Shown in pieces: positions 16,272 to 18,736 of a stretch of DNA of 18,736 nt (the first letter of the stretch is position 1; every line of letters starts with the position of its first letter). Source of the stretch: Calditrichia bacterium. Its GTDB lineage: Bacteria; Calditrichota; Calditrichia; RBG-13-44-9. Location: contig JARRQT010000025.1 of assembly GCA_037381445.1 (NCBI GenBank), forward strand, positions 1-18,736. Reading direction: 5' to 3'. The notes beneath the pieces were generated by a model. The model did not search any database. It saw nothing but the letters and a program-made list of their open reading frames with translations, and was not told where the DNA came from. The translations under genes were made by a program, and so were the position numbers.

Positions 16272-17504
16272 CTAAAAAAATCTTTTAAAAAACCGGGAAA
16301 TGTTTTCACGAACATCTTCCCAAAGGTTATCGGTTCTCTTTTTATAGAAGGCTGGCCCTTCGTGATAACGCTCGCCATAGAGGGTAAGTCCCACAGCGGT
16401 GGCATAAATCGGGCTGCGAACCGACTCGGTCAGTCCGCCCAGATACTTCGGCACGCCCAGTTTTACCGGCAGTCCCCAAATCTGCTCTGCCAGTTCCACC
16501 GTGCCGGGCAGCATGGCCCCGCCGCCGGTAATCACCACGCCCGCCGCCATCAGATTCATGAGGTCCGATTTTTCCATTTCGCGGAAGGTGAGGCTAAGGA
16601 TTTCTTCCATGCGGGGCTGGATAATATCAATGAGCACCGAGCGTGAAATGACGCGGGGCGCTCTTCCCCCTACCCCTGGAACGGTAAGCGTTTCATTTTG
16701 CTTAATCATGGAGGAAAGAGAACTTCCGTGATCTATTTTTATGCTCTCCGCCTGCTCGGGCGGGGTGCGCAGTCCTATGGCGATATCGTTTGTGACATGC
16801 TGGCCGCCAAGCGCCACCACGGAAGTATGGCGGATATGGCCTTCAAAGAACATGGCGATATCAGTAGTTCCACCTCCCAAATCTATCAACGCCACCCCCA
16901 GGTTGCGTTCATCATCATCCAGCACGGCAAGACTGCTGGCCAGCGGTTCCAGAACAATTTCTTCCACCTGATAGCCCGCCCGCTGCACGCTTTTCACGAT
17001 ATTCTGCGCCGAAGTCACCGCCGCGGTCACCACATGGACCTCCACCTCCAGCCGCACGCCGGAGAGACCCACCGGATCCGGGATGCCGTCCTGATCATCC
17101 ACAATAAATTCCTGGGGAATGACATGTATAATTTCACGGTCGATAGGCAGGGCCAGTGCTTTGGCGGCATTCACGGCGCGCTCCACATCCCCCTGAGTGA
17201 TTTCGTGATCGTCGCGGGCGACCCCCACCACGCCTTTGCTGTTCAGGCTGCGGATATGATCACCGGCGATGCCCACATACACCCCGCCGACTTCAACGCC
17301 GGCCATTGTTTCCGCTTCTGTAATAGCCTGGTGAATGGATTGCACGGTCTGGTCGATATTAACGACCACACCCTTCCGCAGTCCATGAGAGGGGGCGCTG
17401 CCAATTCCCACAACATTTAATCTTCCGTCCATATCTTCTTTTACAATAACAGCACACACCTTGGTGGTGCCGATGTCCAATCCGGTAAGTATTTTGCTTT
17501 CCAT
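16272..17504 (-). CDS. ftsA: Cell division protein FtsA
   Basis: GLDIGTTKV, DPVGLSGVRLEVEVH, LIDLGGGTTD, GVVITGGGA, YATAVGL and amphipathic C-terminus ISRFFKRFF. Immediately upstream of ftsZ. Confidence 0.98.
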   Translation of the reverse strand: MESKILTGLDIGTTKVCAVIVKEDMDGRLNVVGIGSAPSHGLRKGVVVNIDQTVQSIHQAITEAETMAGVEVGGVYVGIAGDHIRSLNSKGVVGVARDDHEITQGDVERAVNAAKALALPIDREIIHVIPQEFIVDDQDGIPDPVGLSGVRLEVEVHVVTAAVTSAQNIVKSVQRAGYQVEEIVLEPLASSLAVLDDDERNLGVALIDLGGGTTDIAMFFEGHIRHTSVVALGGQHVTNDIAIGLRTPPEQAESIKIDHGSSLSSMIKQNETLTVPGVGGRAPRVISRSVLIDIIQPRMEEILSLTFREMEKSDLMNLMAAGVVITGGGAMLPGTVELAEQIWGLPVKLGVPKYLGGLTESVRSPIYATAVGLTLYGERYHEGPAFYKKRTDNLWEDVRENISRFFKRFF

Positions 17505-17514
17505 AGGCTATATC

Positions 17515-18294
17515 CTAACTTTTCCTGGTCACAACAATGCGATCCGCATACCTCAGATCTATATTCTTCACCTTTTCCAGCTGATTGAGGATCGCAGAAT
17601 TTTTTATGAACTCACTCAGCAGAAACAGGCGCTCATAAATCCCATCCATTCCGATTTCTACCGTTGCCCCGCCGCGGATCAAATAAAGATAAGGAGCCTC
17701 TTCGGAATCCATATGGATTTCCGAGATAAACTGAAACAGGCTCTGATCCACTTCGCGGATTTTCCCCACCAGATCCAGGGCATCGAGCAGCGGCCGCCGG
17801 TTCTTTAAAAGATTTCTTACCGATAGGCCGGTGATGAAAGGCAGGTTTTCCAGTGACATCTGCGTCTTTTTCAAAAGAATAATTCCGTAGGCGTCAATCA
17901 TGTAGATGTCTTTGTCAACCAGATAAGCAACGGGTTTTCTTTCCTGAACCGTAATGATAACGGTAGACGGAATAGACCGGCTGACACTTACTCCCTGCAG
18001 ATACGGGTTCTTCAGTACTTGCCCGGCGACCGAATCGGGGATAACCTGAAACAACCTGACGCCCGTTTTTAAATCGGCCAGTTTTAGAATATCTTCTTTA
18101 TCCACAAACCGGTTGCCCTGCACAACCACCTTTTTCAGCCGGAACATCTGGCTGTCCTTTGCCAGATAGTGGCCGAAGCAATAAAAACCGTATCCCACGG
18201 CAAATATTACAATGAGTGAAAAGACAAATGCAGGAGACGGAAACGGCGGTTTCTCCTTTGGTTTTCTCTCTGCAAGGCGGTATTGTCTATTCAT
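17515..18294 (-). CDS. ftsQ: Cell division protein FtsQ/DivIB
   Basis: Basic N-tail, a single TM segment (AFVFSLIVIFAVGYGFYCF), POTRA domain (FRLKKVVVQGNRFV...NPYLQGVSVSRSIPSTVIITVQERKPVA) and C-terminal IDLRYADRIVV. Upstream of ftsA. Confidence 0.92.
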   Translation of the reverse strand: MNRQYRLAERKPKEKPPFPSPAFVFSLIVIFAVGYGFYCFGHYLAKDSQMFRLKKVVVQGNRFVDKEDILKLADLKTGVRLFQVIPDSVAGQVLKNPYLQGVSVSRSIPSTVIITVQERKPVAYLVDKDIYMIDAYGIILLKKTQMSLENLPFITGLSVRNLLKNRRPLLDALDLVGKIREVDQSLFQFISEIHMDSEEAPYLYLIRGGATVEIGMDGIYERLFLLSEFIKNSAILNQLEKVKNIDLRYADRIVVTRKS

Positions 18295-18736
18295 GCACTT
18301 CCCTCACGCTGCGTTCTTCCTCCTCCGAAAAACCAACCAGTTTTACTTCCAATTCCAGCCATATTCTGAACCGGCTGAAGACCTTCCGCTGCACTTTCCC
18401 GATCAATTCGTAAATATCATTTGCCGTGGCATTTTCATAATTGACGATAAAATTCGCATGTTTCGGGGAAACCATTGCCCCGCCCACCTGCATGCCTTTG
18501 CACCCTGCCTGTTCGATGAGGGTGCCGGCATAATTCCCGGGCGGCCTTTTGAATACACTGCCGCAGGAACCGTAATCCAGCGGCTGCCGGGCCGACCGCC
18601 GGGCGAGATATTCCTGGCGGGCCTTTTCTAGGATGGAACGCGAACCGTTCAGCATTTCCAGACTACATCCCAGCATTATTTTGTCCTGCAGATTATCGGC
18701 CCGCCGGTATCCGAAACCCGCTTCATTCCCGGGAAT
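18287..18736 (-). CDS. murB: UDP-N-acetylenolpyruvoylglucosamine reductase, C-terminal part (5' end lies outside the window)
   Basis: The frame is open to the window edge (IPGNEAGFGYRRADNLQDKIMLG...), so the ATG at 18676 is internal. Motifs FGYR, QPLDYGSCGSVFKRP, GGAMVSPKHANFIVN, LELEV. Overlaps the ftsQ start by 8 nt. Confidence 0.93.
   Translation of the reverse strand: MPGNEAGFGYRRADNLQDKIMLGCSLEMLNGSRSILEKARQEYLARRSARQPLDYGSCGSVFKRPPGNYAGTLIEQAGCKGMQVGGAMVSPKHANFIVNYENATANDIYELIGKVQRKVFSRFRIWLELEVKLVGFSEEEERSVREVHE

Noticed and set aside
1..18736. CRISPR arrays, tRNA/rRNA genes, transposases, integrases or defence systems
   Set aside because: I saw no regularly spaced repeats, cloverleaf or rRNA signatures, or mobile-element ORFs. 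Intergenic gaps are all 380 nt or shorter.

Overview
Bacterial chromosomal window made up mostly of housekeeping genes on the minus strand. Reading right to left it holds: the end of the dcw cluster (partial murB, ftsQ, ftsA, ftsZ, intrinsic terminator); a three-gene unit with its own predicted promoter (SirB1/transglutaminase-like protein, DUF2203-like protein, dihydrolipoyl dehydrogenase); a pyruvate dehydrogenase operon (aceE, aceF with two lipoyl domains, a second lpdA); a bidirectional terminator; a convergent 1432-aa soluble orphan hybrid histidine kinase on the + strand (helical N-domain, 5 PAS, 2 GAF, HisKA, HATPase, REC); and a lone DppC/OppC-type permease followed by the start of another membrane protein gene. 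I saw no rRNA, tRNA, CRISPR array or transposase. Gene order suggests an FCB-related lineage such as Calditrichota, which is inference only. The most unusual spot is the SirB1-like/DUF2203 junction. There a TAG sits 14 codons before an in-frame TGA that overlaps the next ATG, and an SD-like + A_AAA_AAA slippery site could fuse the two proteins by a -1 shift. A sequence error or a recent mutation could explain this just as well.
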